In this document: in pieces, positions 1 to 9,033 of the stretch
Numbering within the stretch: the stretch's first letter is position 1
How the letters are laid out: the number at the start of each line of letters is the position of its first letter
Origin: an uncultured Spirochaetales bacterium
GTDB lineage: Bacteria > Myxococcota_A > UBA9160 > SMWR01
Assembly (NCBI GenBank): GCA_964413375.1
Contig: CAYPSI010000075.1
Span: 1-54,329, forward strand
Length of the DNA: 54,329 nucleotides
Direction of reading: 5' to 3'
Notes under the pieces: generated by a model
What the model saw: the letters and a program-made list of their open reading frames with translations, nothing else
Database searches by the model: none
Told to the model about the DNA's origin: nothing
Position numbers and translations under genes: made by a program

Positions 1-225
1 TGCTGCGCAGCACGACGTCGTGGGGGAGCATGCCCATCTGCATGAGGCACAGGATGCGATCGACACCGGTGGTCTCGTAGGCGCAGGGGCCTCGTTCACC
101 GGGTCCCGGGTGACGTCCGGGTCCACGCCGAAGACGTCCCACTCGCTGGGTACCGAGCGCGCCAGACCCGACTCCAGGCGGCCTCCGCTCATCACGTCCA
201 GGAAGGCGGCGCGGTCGAACTTTGC
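1..225 (-). pseudogene. Remnant of an LLM-class (luciferase-like) flavin-dependent oxidoreductase, with an internal deletion and frameshift; runs off the window edge
   Basis: The minus strand reads DRAAFLDVMSGGRLESGLARSVPSEWDVFGVDPDVTRDPVNEA, then in another frame AYETTGVDRILCLMQMGMLPHDVVLRS. These resemble the middle and C-terminal segments of LLM proteins. The junction is near 81-86 and no clear start was seen. Confidence 0.5.
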
Positions 226-431
226 CCGAGCCCGAGCTCGAGATCCGGCCGCACACGGGGAATTTCTTCGACCCTCGGATCTCCGTGATCCCGGCTCCCA
301 CGATCGGGTAATCTCGGGCTACCAGGCCGTAGGCGGAAATGGGTGCCAGACTGGCAGCGCCGCGAGATCGCCGGCCTGTGTCGAGCTTGCGGGACGCCGG
401 GTAGACCCCGGCGAGGGGCGGGCGACGCGAG

Positions 432-1544
432 ATGCCGAGAGCCGGAATCCATCAGGCGCTGACCGACGAGGAAAGGCGGGCCGTCTACCGGTTTCGCTAC
501 GACGTCTACGTCGAGGAGATGGGCCGTTATCGATCGATCGCAGACCACCGCAACCGGCTGCTGGTCGAGCCCGAGGACGACACCGCGCGGATCTTCTACG
601 CCTGCGAGGACGGTCAGGTCGTCGGCACCGGGCGCTTCAGCTGGGGCGGCGACGCGCCCTTCTCCGGGCGACAGGTGACGCAGTACGGGCTGCAGCCCTT
701 CCTCGACGAAGTACCCGCCGACGCGATCGCCGTCGGCGAACGCGGCATGGTGGCGAAGCCCCTGCGCGGAACCGATCTCTTCGATCGCATGGGCGAGCGC
801 TTCCGCCGCTTCGTGAGCGAAAAGCGGATCCAGCTCACCTTCGGCGCCTGCGAGCCGCACCTGCTGGCGCTCTACCTGGGGAACGGCCACCGGACCTACT
901 CGAAGCGCCACATCAACAGCCCGGAGTCGGGATACCTGATTCCCATCGTCGTGGTGACGGAGGACGTCAAGTATTTCAAACGCATCGGCGCCCCGCAGGC
1001 CGATTCCCTGATCGACTTCGGAGACGATGCGCGAATCCCCGACTGCGTCGAGCGACTGATCACCGGCGGCGGGGGAGTGGTCAGTCAGCGTCTCGCTGCC
1101 CCCGACTCCTACTGGGGCGAGGTCCATGCCGCCCTGAGCGAGGTCGCACAGAGCCGGATCTCCCCGCTGGATGGGCTGGGCGAGGCGGAAGCCCTTCGCT
1201 GCCTGGGAAGGAGCAGCATCATCCAGTGCCGATCCGGCGACCGGGTGCTCAAGAAGGGCGGCGTCGCGCGCAACATGTTCGTCGTGCTCGACGGGATGCT
1301 GGAGGTCAGGGACGAAGACCGACTGATACGGGTGCTCGGGCCGGGCGACGTGATCGGGGAGATGGCGTTCCTGCTGGAGAGACCCCGCTCGATGGACGTG
1401 TACGCGGCGACGGACGACGTCCGCATCCTGAGCCTCAGCGAGAGCACTCTGCGCAAGATGATCACGAGCGAGCCCGAGTTCGCAGCCCGCCTGCTGCTCA
1501 ACCTCTCGAAGATCCTGTGCATGCGACTCTTGAATCCCGCCTGA
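432..1544 (+). CDS. N-acyl amino acid synthase-like (FeeM/GNAT-fold) acyltransferase fused to a C-terminal cyclic-nucleotide-binding domain
   Basis: The N-terminus (EERRAVYRFRYDVYVEEMG...GQVVGTGR) is typical of LuxI/FeeM-like acyltransferases. The C-terminus (GDRVLKKGG...MFVVLDGMLEV...LGPGDVIGEMAFLLERPRSMDVYA) is a cNMP-binding signature. Confidence 0.75.
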   Translation: MPRAGIHQALTDEERRAVYRFRYDVYVEEMGRYRSIADHRNRLLVEPEDDTARIFYACEDGQVVGTGRFSWGGDAPFSGRQVTQYGLQPFLDEVPADAIAVGERGMVAKPLRGTDLFDRMGERFRRFVSEKRIQLTFGACEPHLLALYLGNGHRTYSKRHINSPESGYLIPIVVVTEDVKYFKRIGAPQADSLIDFGDDARIPDCVERLITGGGGVVSQRLAAPDSYWGEVHAALSEVAQSRISPLDGLGEAEALRCLGRSSIIQCRSGDRVLKKGGVARNMFVVLDGMLEVRDEDRLIRVLGPGDVIGEMAFLLERPRSMDVYAATDDVRILSLSESTLRKMITSEPEFAARLLLNLSKILCMRLLNPA

Positions 1545-1568
1545 GACCGGGGCGTGGACACCCCTGCG

Positions 1569-2861
1569 TCAACCGATCCGGTCGGCCGCCTGGTGGAGTG
1601 AAGTGCGGAAGTCGGGATGTGCGATCTCGGCGAGTGCGTGTGCGCGGTGACGGACGGTGAGCCCCAGGACCTCGGCGACGCCGAACTCCGTCACCACGAC
1701 GTCGATCTGGTGACGCGGCGTCGTCACCACCGTGCCGGCGCTGAAGACGGAGTGGATCCGCGAGCGTGTCTCGCCAGCGACTTCGACCGTCGACGGGAGA
1801 CAGATCAGCGAGCGGTCGTCCGCCTCGAAGCTGCCCCCCGAGGTGAAGTCCTCGTGGCCACCAATGCCGGAGTGCTGACGCCCGTCGATGGAGTCGGCGA
1901 CGACCTGACCCATCAGGTCGAGCATCAAGGCCCCGTTGATGCAGCGCATGTTGCGGTTCGCCGCGATGATCGACGGTGTGTTGATGTGCTCGACCGGCAG
2001 GAAGCGAACCGCCTCCTGGCCGTCCAACCACTCGTAGAGCTCCGGGCTTCCCATGGCGAAGGTCGTGACCGAGTATCCTTCGTGCACCCCCTTGTGGGCG
2101 TTGGAGACCTTGCCCGCCTTGTGCAGGCGCATCAGACCCGTGGTGAACATCTCGCTGTGGATGCCGTAGTCACCACCCCTTCCTTCGGCCAGCAGGCCCG
2201 CTACGGCGCCCGGGATTGCGCCGATCCCCGTCTGGAGCGTCGCGCCGTCCGGAATGAAGGCGCGAACATGGCCGGCGATGGCGCGCTCGATCTCGCTCGG
2301 CTCGACCTCGGGGAGCGCCATCGGGTGGCGATCGGTGTCGATCAGGATGTCGACCTCGGCCACGTGAAGCGCGTGCCGATGCTCCGGCGGAAGCCCCAGG
2401 GTCCGCGGTTGCCACGGACTCGTCTCCACCACGAGCAGCCGTGCGGGGTCGCGTCCGCAACGAAGCGTCTCTTCGACGGTCGCGCCCGCGGAGAGCGAGA
2501 GGCTGAGCCAGCCGTCGGCGTCCGGGGGCGCAGCGGTGATCGCCATGACGCGGGAGGCCATGCGCTCGGCGAAGAGCTTGAAGCGCCGAAAGTCGCCGGG
2601 GAGAAAGGACACGTCGTGGCCCGCGTCGCGCAACGCGCGCTCCGCCGGGCCAAAGAATCCCGAGAGGAGGTGCACACCCGGCTTCGTGAACACCGCATAG
2701 ACCTCGAGCAGGAGGCCCCCGAACACGGTGAGATCCTGCCAGTCGTCGCGCTTGCCCATCGCCTCCAGCAGTACGCTGGGCTGGGCCGGACCGAACCCGA
2801 GGCTCATCGTGTCTCTCGGCCGCAGGAGCCCAACCGCCTCCTCGGCGGAACATCGCTTCAT
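1569..2861 (-). CDS. Acetyl-CoA hydrolase/transferase family protein (4-hydroxybutyrate CoA-transferase-like)
   Basis: Motifs DGATLQTGIGAIP, GIHSEMF, SGIGGHEDF and VVTTPRHQIDVVVTEFGVA. Start placed at MKRCSAEEA (ATG 2861) inside ORF 1569..2888. Confidence 0.88.
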   Translation of the reverse strand: MKRCSAEEAVGLLRPRDTMSLGFGPAQPSVLLEAMGKRDDWQDLTVFGGLLLEVYAVFTKPGVHLLSGFFGPAERALRDAGHDVSFLPGDFRRFKLFAERMASRVMAITAAPPDADGWLSLSLSAGATVEETLRCGRDPARLLVVETSPWQPRTLGLPPEHRHALHVAEVDILIDTDRHPMALPEVEPSEIERAIAGHVRAFIPDGATLQTGIGAIPGAVAGLLAEGRGGDYGIHSEMFTTGLMRLHKAGKVSNAHKGVHEGYSVTTFAMGSPELYEWLDGQEAVRFLPVEHINTPSIIAANRNMRCINGALMLDLMGQVVADSIDGRQHSGIGGHEDFTSGGSFEADDRSLICLPSTVEVAGETRSRIHSVFSAGTVVTTPRHQIDVVVTEFGVAEVLGLTVRHRAHALAEIAHPDFRTSLHQAADRIG

Positions 2862-3029
2862 CTCGCACCTCACTCGGGCTTCGACCAACTCGTCATCTTA
2901 CGCGAAGCCGTGCCGCACGCGGTGCGCAACGATCTGGCCGGGCTGCGGGAGCCCAGAAGGGCGTTTGTGTACGCACTGCGTAGGGTGTAGGCTAGGGAAG
3001 CGCGGCCTCGGCTGCGCAGGAGAAGTGCC

Positions 3030-4829
3030 CTGGCGTCATCGGACCCCCCTCCGGACGCTCGCCAGCCGATCCTACTCGTCGTCGACGACGACGAGGATTT
3101 GCGAGAGCTGCTGGTTCGCGTGTTGAGCGACGGGCAGTCCTACCGCGTCGAGCAGGCTTCGAGCGCCGCCACGGCCCGCGCCTGCCTGGCGAAGCAAGCC
3201 TACGACGTCGTGATCACCGATCTCAGCATGCCCGAAGAAGGCGGGCTCGAGCTGATGCAGTGGTCGCACGACCACCGTCCGGGGCCGGACTGGATCGTGC
3301 TGACCGGCCATGGGACTCTGGACGGGGCTGTAAAAGCGCTGCAGCTCGGCGCGTTCGATTTTCTCGAGAAGCCGCTGAAAGGCTTCGCCGCGCTGCAGAA
3401 CTCGGTGCGGAACGCACTGGCTCATCAGCAGCTGCGGGCCGAACGGGACCGCCTTCACGGCGAGCTGGCGCAGCGCAATGCACAGCTGGGCGAGCAGGTG
3501 GAGGTCCTCGAAGGGGCCTATCGACTGCTGCGCGAACGGGCCGACAAGGTGCGCGCCGATCTCCACACCGCCGGGGTCATCCAGCGGGCGCTGCTTCCCC
3601 AGGCAGCGCCCCAGCTGACCGGCATGCAGGTCCACGCGCTCTACCGACCCAGCCAGAGCATCGGTGGCGACCTCTACGACGTCGTACGGCTGGACGAGCG
3701 GAGGACCGCACTGCTGATCGCGGATGCCGCCGGCCACGGGCTCAGCGCGGCGATGCTGGCGGTGCTGTTCCGGAGCCAGCTGAGCTTCGTCGACCCCGAC
3801 TCGCGCCGCCCGCGGCGCCCCGGCGAGCTCCTTCGATCGGCGAACCGCGCCCTGTGCCGGAGAATCCCGCGCTCCGGCCTGTTCCTGACGGCCGCCTACT
3901 GTTTGTTGGACACGCAGAGTCGCAAGGCGACCTTCGCATCGGCCGGCCACCCGCCACTCCTCCTGCTTCGGAGCGGCGGCGAAACCGAGCGGATCTTCCC
4001 TACCGGTCCGGCCCTCGGCCTTCACGAAGAAGCGGAGTATGCCGAGGTGGAGCTGGTCCTCGAGCCGGGCGACCGGCTTCTACTCCACAGCGATGGTGTG
4101 TACGATGCGCTCCCCGAAGCCGCCGGATCGGCAAGCGAGAACATTGCGGTGATTCTGTCGGGGGAGCGCGAGCGCGGCGTCGAGGCCCTGCGTCGCCTGC
4201 TCGCCCCTTCCGGGGCCCCCGGCCCAGGGAACGAGGCCCCGGAAGACGACGTGACCCTGCTGCTGCTCGACGTCACGCCGGGGGCATCCCAGCTCGACAA
4301 CGGGACCCTGAGCCCCTTGCCGGTTCCAGCGCCCGCCTCCACCCGCTGCGAGATCCTGGTAGGCTCGGACCTGAATCGCGCGAGCTTCAGCATCCAGGGG
4401 CGCGGAGCCTGGGAGCACAGCGCCCAGTTCCACGAGGAGTGCGTCGCCGCAATCGATGCGGAACTCCCCGTATTGATCGACATGACGCTCTGTCGATCCC
4501 TCGACAGCACCTTCCTGGGCGTCCTCCACCAGCTTTCCGAGCGCGCCGAGGAAGTGGATGTCGAGTTCCGCCTGCAGGGAGTCACGCTTGCGGTCGAGGA
4601 TCTCTTCTCGGAGCTCGGCATGACGGGTGTGATGGAGCACGTCGTGCCGCGCATGTTGCCGCTTCCGACACGGATGGAGTCCCTCGCCAGCGCGGTCGAC
4701 GCGCGATCTCGAGCGTCCTTGACGCTTCTGGTGCACGAGAAGCTGGCGGGGCTCAGTGACCGCAACCGTCAGGAGTTCGACCCGCTCTTGACCTTGCTCC
4801 GACGGGAAGTCGCTGTGGCCTCGCACTGA
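3030..4829 (+). CDS. Receiver domain, coiled coil, PP2C/SpoIIE phosphatase and STAS domain fusion
   Basis: REC: ILLVVDDDED, VVITDLSMP, FLEKP. PP2C: IGGDLYD, LIADAAGHG, LLLHSDGV, EDDVTLL. STAS: LIDMTLCRSLDSTFLGVL. The ORF-finder start (TTG 3099) cuts off the DDD acidic pocket; the frame is open back to CTG 3030, which has AGGAG 7 nt upstream. Confidence 0.88.
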   Translation: MASSDPPPDARQPILLVVDDDEDLRELLVRVLSDGQSYRVEQASSAATARACLAKQAYDVVITDLSMPEEGGLELMQWSHDHRPGPDWIVLTGHGTLDGAVKALQLGAFDFLEKPLKGFAALQNSVRNALAHQQLRAERDRLHGELAQRNAQLGEQVEVLEGAYRLLRERADKVRADLHTAGVIQRALLPQAAPQLTGMQVHALYRPSQSIGGDLYDVVRLDERRTALLIADAAGHGLSAAMLAVLFRSQLSFVDPDSRRPRRPGELLRSANRALCRRIPRSGLFLTAAYCLLDTQSRKATFASAGHPPLLLLRSGGETERIFPTGPALGLHEEAEYAEVELVLEPGDRLLLHSDGVYDALPEAAGSASENIAVILSGERERGVEALRRLLAPSGAPGPGNEAPEDDVTLLLLDVTPGASQLDNGTLSPLPVPAPASTRCEILVGSDLNRASFSIQGRGAWEHSAQFHEECVAAIDAELPVLIDMTLCRSLDSTFLGVLHQLSERAEEVDVEFRLQGVTLAVEDLFSELGMTGVMEHVVPRMLPLPTRMESLASAVDARSRASLTLLVHEKLAGLSDRNRQEFDPLLTLLRREVAVASH

Positions 4830-4868
4830 CGAGCGTCCGGGCGCTCGATCGCCCCGGAGGGTGCCGCG

Positions 4869-5606
4869 ATGTTCGATCTGAGGAAGTTCAACCTCCGCGA
4901 CATGAGCGAGCTCGGGAGTTCACTCCGCAGGCTCGGCGACGGCACCGAGAGCATGGAGGAAGTGGCGGATCGCGTAGTCCGCCACCTCTACGAGAACCTG
5001 GGCGACGCGGCGGGCGACCGCTCCTGCGCGCTCGTTCGCTTCTTCAAGACCCATTCCTACAGCGCGCTCGACAGCGGACTGCGAGATTTCGCCGACGCGA
5101 TGCTGCCCGACGGAGCGAAGCCGGGCCTGCGATGCCTGACCCTGCTGGCCACGGCGGGGGACAAGAGCGCGTGGAACTCCCGGGAGGCGTCGGTGGCCCA
5201 CCGGGCCATTCCGCTCGTCGGTCCGCAGATCTTGAGCAACGCACCGATGATCGCGAGCCTGTTGCGGCAGCTGGGGGTGGAACTCGAGACCTTCCTGCGC
5301 CCGGAATCGGAGCGCCCCGTGGAAGCGGAGCATTCCTCCTTCAACATCTTCTACGTTCCCGACGCGCGTCGGAGCGCCCACATCCCGGCTCAGGAGGAAT
5401 TCGTCCGACCGATCGGGGTCCGTTCGGTGCTGGGATTCGGCGGGATGCTGCCCCGGGGCGACATCTTCGTCGTGATCCTGTTCGCGAAGGTTCCGATTCC
5501 GCCGGAGACGGCGGAAATGTTTCGAACGCTGGCGCTCAACGTCAAGGTGGCGGTTCTGCCCTTCGATGGCGTGGTGTTTGCCCGGGATTGCGGGCATGGA
5601 GCATGA
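4869..5606 (+). CDS. Conserved hypothetical protein, probable stand-alone cytoplasmic sensor domain
   Basis: 245-aa ORF with coding-like GC3. Its stop overlaps the kinase start (ATGA). It has a GAF-like-looking segment (HIPAQEEFVRPIGVRSVLGFGGMLP). I recall similar domains at the N-terminus of signalling proteins but have not verified this. Confidence 0.7.
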   Translation: MFDLRKFNLRDMSELGSSLRRLGDGTESMEEVADRVVRHLYENLGDAAGDRSCALVRFFKTHSYSALDSGLRDFADAMLPDGAKPGLRCLTLLATAGDKSAWNSREASVAHRAIPLVGPQILSNAPMIASLLRQLGVELETFLRPESERPVEAEHSSFNIFYVPDARRSAHIPAQEEFVRPIGVRSVLGFGGMLPRGDIFVVILFAKVPIPPETAEMFRTLALNVKVAVLPFDGVVFARDCGHGA

Positions 5607-6823
5607 CCGAACGCCGCGGGAAAGACAGCGAAACCCTGGAGCTGCGGGCTCGCATCAGCACTCTGGAGCAGCTTCTCGATGTCTACGAGCGCAGCGTCAT
5701 GGAACAGTCCGACCGGCTCTACGAGGAGCAGGAGCGCATACATTTCCAGAAAACCCTGCTCGAGAGCCAGGGCGAGGCATCGCTCGACGGAATCTTGAGC
5801 GTCGGCGTCGACGGGACCATCCTCTTTGCGAATCGACGACTCTCGGAAATGTGGGGAATCAGTCCGCCGGCGCTGGGAACCAAGTCGATCGATCGTGTCC
5901 TGCGGGCGATCGGCGAACGCAGCGGCGACTCCGAGGGCTTCCTCGAGCGCTCTTCCGGGGACGAGGATGGCGAGGAGCGCCGCCGGGAGATCTCACTCAG
6001 CGACGGCCGAACCTTCGAGCAGTACACGGCTCCCATCCGCAGCCGGGAGGGAAGGAACCTCGGTCGCGTGTGGCAATTCCGCGACATCTCCGCATTCAAG
6101 GAGATCGACCGGGTGAAGGACGAGTTCATCTCGGCCGTGAGCCACGAGCTGCGCACCCCGCTCACCTCCATCCGAGGTTCCATGGATCTGATGGCGGGTG
6201 GCGTGATGGGCGAGCTGCCCTCGGAGGCGATGGCCCTGTTGAAGGTGGGCCAGAAGAACTGCAATCGACTCGTCCGAATCATCAACGACGTGCTCGACAT
6301 CCAGAAGATCGAAGCCGGCCGAATGGAGTTCCGCTTCGAGGTGATCGCCCTCGAAGACGTGATGGCGGAATCGGTTGCGGCGATCCGGCCCTACGGCGAG
6401 CGTCTGGGCGTCGCGCTCCAGCTCGAGAGCACGGCACCCGGAGTGCGGGTGCGGGTAGATCCCGACCGTCTGATGCAGGTCATGGACAACCTGCTCTCGA
6501 ACGCAGCGAAGTTCTCGCCGGCCGGGGGGACGGTGGAGGTCAAGCTGGCCAGCCGCGGCCACTTCGCCCGCGTCAGGGTCGAGGACCGGGGCCCGGGGAT
6601 CGCTCCCGAGTTCCAGGGCCGAGTGTTCGAAAAGTTCTCACAGGGGGCCGCACAGCCTCCTCGCGACAGGACAGGAACGGGTCTGGGCCTCAACATCGCG
6701 CGAGCGATCGTCGAGCGGATGCAGGGATCCATCGGATTCCGGCCGAGGCCCGGTGGAGGAACGGTCTTCTACTTCGACCTGCCGCTATCGCGCGACTCGC
6801 AGCATGCGGAACCGGCGCGGTGA
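5603..6823 (+). CDS. Cytoplasmic PAS-domain sensor histidine kinase
   Basis: H-box EFISAVSHELRTPLTSI, N-box QVMDNLLSNAAKFS, G-boxes VEDRGPGI and GTGLGLNI; PAS-like DGILSVGVDGTILFANRR; no TM segment. True start MTERRGK at ATG 5603 within ORF 5132..6823. Confidence 0.92.
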   Translation: MTERRGKDSETLELRARISTLEQLLDVYERSVMEQSDRLYEEQERIHFQKTLLESQGEASLDGILSVGVDGTILFANRRLSEMWGISPPALGTKSIDRVLRAIGERSGDSEGFLERSSGDEDGEERRREISLSDGRTFEQYTAPIRSREGRNLGRVWQFRDISAFKEIDRVKDEFISAVSHELRTPLTSIRGSMDLMAGGVMGELPSEAMALLKVGQKNCNRLVRIINDVLDIQKIEAGRMEFRFEVIALEDVMAESVAAIRPYGERLGVALQLESTAPGVRVRVDPDRLMQVMDNLLSNAAKFSPAGGTVEVKLASRGHFARVRVEDRGPGIAPEFQGRVFEKFSQGAAQPPRDRTGTGLGLNIARAIVERMQGSIGFRPRPGGGTVFYFDLPLSRDSQHAEPAR

Positions 6824-7197
6824 AAGCGATGAAGGTGATGATCGTCGACGACGACGAGGACATCCGACTGATCTGTGAACTCGCCATCCGGAGAATCGGC
6901 AAGTGGGATGTCGTCGTGGCCGCCTCGGGGGAAGAGGCGCTTGCGCTGGCGCAAAGCGAAGGGCCGGACGTCATCCTGCTCGACGTGATGATGCCCGGGA
7001 TCGATGGACCCACGACCCTCGCGAGGCTGCGCGATCGGCCAGAGACCCGGAAGATTCCGGTGGTCTTCCTGACGGCGAAGGCCCAGCAGCGAGAAGTGGA
7101 TCGCTACATGGCGCTCGGTGCCACCGGCGTGATCTCCAAGCCCTTCGACATCATCAAGCTCGCGGACGAGATCCGCAGGATCGTCGAAGGTGGCTGA
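6820..7197 (+). CDS. Single-domain response regulator (CheY-like)
   Basis: KVMIVDDDEDI...VILLDVMMPGIDG...VVFLTAKA...ISKPF. GTG 6820 overlaps the kinase stop; ATG 6829 is an alternative start. This is the C-terminal part of ORF 5566..7197. Confidence 0.9.
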   Translation: MKAMKVMIVDDDEDIRLICELAIRRIGKWDVVVAASGEEALALAQSEGPDVILLDVMMPGIDGPTTLARLRDRPETRKIPVVFLTAKAQQREVDRYMALGATGVISKPFDIIKLADEIRRIVEGG

Positions 7198-7522
7198 GGT
7201 ACGCGACGGAGAGCTGGCACGCGAGCTCGAAGGCCTGCGCCGGACCTATCGGGGCAAGCTGATCGAAATGCTCGCTCGGCTGGCTTCGCTCGTACGCGAA
7301 GCACGAAAGATTCGCGACGGGGACGAGCTCCAGGTGGCTCGCGACCTGGCGCACAGGCTCAAGGGCACCTCGGGATCGTACGGCTTCGACGAGTGCAGCG
7401 CGCAGTTGAGCAAGATCGAGGAGCGCCTGGAGCGCCTCGCCGACGCTGCACCCGCAAGTGCCGCGGCGATCTGGATCGAGATCGAGCAGGCTCTCTCACG
7501 CGCGCGGAGCGGATGCTCGTAG
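7190..7522 (+). CDS. Hpt (histidine phosphotransfer) domain protein
   Basis: LAHRLKGTSGSYGF matches the Hpt motif AHxLKGSxGxxG; 110 aa, helical; overlaps the RR stop. Confidence 0.88.
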   Translation: MAEVRDGELARELEGLRRTYRGKLIEMLARLASLVREARKIRDGDELQVARDLAHRLKGTSGSYGFDECSAQLSKIEERLERLADAAPASAAAIWIEIEQALSRARSGCS

Positions 7523-7635
7523 CAAGGACCCGCCCGCGCTGCGATCCACAGGGGGCCGCGTTCAAGCCTTGACAAGCAGCCGCGCAGCGCCGGAAACTTG
7601 CCTCGACGGGAACGACTGCCAGCGGGGCGACTCGA

Positions 7636-8955
7636 ATGCGTGTCCGCTTCTGGGGAACCCGGGGATCCATCCCGAAGCCAGGCCCCACCACGCTCCGCTA
7701 TGGGGGCAACACCTCTTGTGTGGAGGTTCGCAGCGCGGACGGAACGCTCGTCGTGATCGACAGCGGGTCCGGCATTCATGCGCTCGGTCTCGAACTCATG
7801 CGCTCGGGCGAAGGGGCTCGACACGGGCATCTGCTGATCGGACACACCCACTGGGATCACCTCCAGGGGTTTCCCTTTTTCGCGCCCTTCTTCGTTCGCG
7901 AGGGCTGCTGGGACGTCTTCGCTCCCGGGGGGCGGGCCAAGCAGCTCGAGAACTCCCTCGCTGCGCTGATGTCCTACGACCACCACCCGATCACGCTCGA
8001 CTCGCTAGAGGCACGCGTGCGCTTCCACGACCTCAGGGAAGGCGAGTTCGAGATCGGCAGTATCCGCATCATCACCCAGTACCTCCATCACCCGGCCCTT
8101 ACCCTCGGCTACCGGCTCGAGGCGGACGGTGCGGCGCTGGTCTACGCCGCCGATCACGAGCCGCATTCGCTCCATCCCCTGCATGGGGGCCCGGGTGAGA
8201 ACCCCATCCACCACGAGGACCAGCGCCACGTGCGTTTTCTCGAAGCTGCCGACCTCGTCATCCACGACGCCCAGTACACGCTGGACCAGTTCCCGGCGAG
8301 GGCCGGATGGGGCCATTCACCGGCGGAGCGCGTCGTCGATTACGCGATCGCAGCTGGCGTGCGACGGCTGGCCCTCACCCACCACGACCCCGAAAGCGAC
8401 GACGACACGCTCGACGCCATCGTGGCGCGGTCCGCAGACCGGGCCTCGAAGGCAAGCCATGTCCTGGAGGTCTGCGGAGCGGCGGAGGGCCAGTGGGTAG
8501 AGTTGGGGGCCGGGGCGACCTCGTTCCGGCCGGCCGCGCCCCGCCCGTCGGCGTTGCTCTCGAGCGAGCCCCCCGTTGCCGCCAGGATTCTCATCGTCGA
8601 CGACGACCCGGACATGCTGGAGCTTCTCCGGGCCGCGCTCGACGACGAGCACGTGAGGCTCTTCTCTGCCCGCGACGGCGAGGAGGCCCTCCGCATCGCA
8701 CGCGCGGAGCTGCCAACGCTGATGCTGCTCGATCTGCATATGCCACGACTCGACGGGCTGGCGGTCTGCCGTGGCCTGCGCACGGACGAGAACCCGCGTC
8801 TGCGCGATCTACCGATCCTGGTCCTGACCGGAACGAGCCTCGACGAGAGGAGCGTGGTGGAGGCCTTCGTGGCCGGAGCGACCGACTTTCTCGTGAAGCC
8901 GATCAAACCGACGCTGCTTCGCTCGCGCGTTCGGGGCTGGCTCCTGCGTCAGTAG
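7636..8955 (+). CDS. MBL-fold metallo-hydrolase fused to a C-terminal receiver domain
   Basis: MRVRFWGTRGSIP...YGGNTSCVEV, metal motif GHTHWDHLQG, LHHP, VIHDAQY, GWGHS, LALTHHDP. REC: ILIVDDDPD, LLDLHMP, FLVKP. Confidence 0.88.
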   Translation: MRVRFWGTRGSIPKPGPTTLRYGGNTSCVEVRSADGTLVVIDSGSGIHALGLELMRSGEGARHGHLLIGHTHWDHLQGFPFFAPFFVREGCWDVFAPGGRAKQLENSLAALMSYDHHPITLDSLEARVRFHDLREGEFEIGSIRIITQYLHHPALTLGYRLEADGAALVYAADHEPHSLHPLHGGPGENPIHHEDQRHVRFLEAADLVIHDAQYTLDQFPARAGWGHSPAERVVDYAIAAGVRRLALTHHDPESDDDTLDAIVARSADRASKASHVLEVCGAAEGQWVELGAGATSFRPAAPRPSALLSSEPPVAARILIVDDDPDMLELLRAALDDEHVRLFSARDGEEALRIARAELPTLMLLDLHMPRLDGLAVCRGLRTDENPRLRDLPILVLTGTSLDERSVVEAFVAGATDFLVKPIKPTLLRSRVRGWLLRQ

Positions 8956-9033
8956 CGAGCAAAGCATGGACACGGCTGGCGATTGTCCGCCTATACTCCT
9001 TATCGCATCGACGGCTTACAGGGAGCGCGCCTC

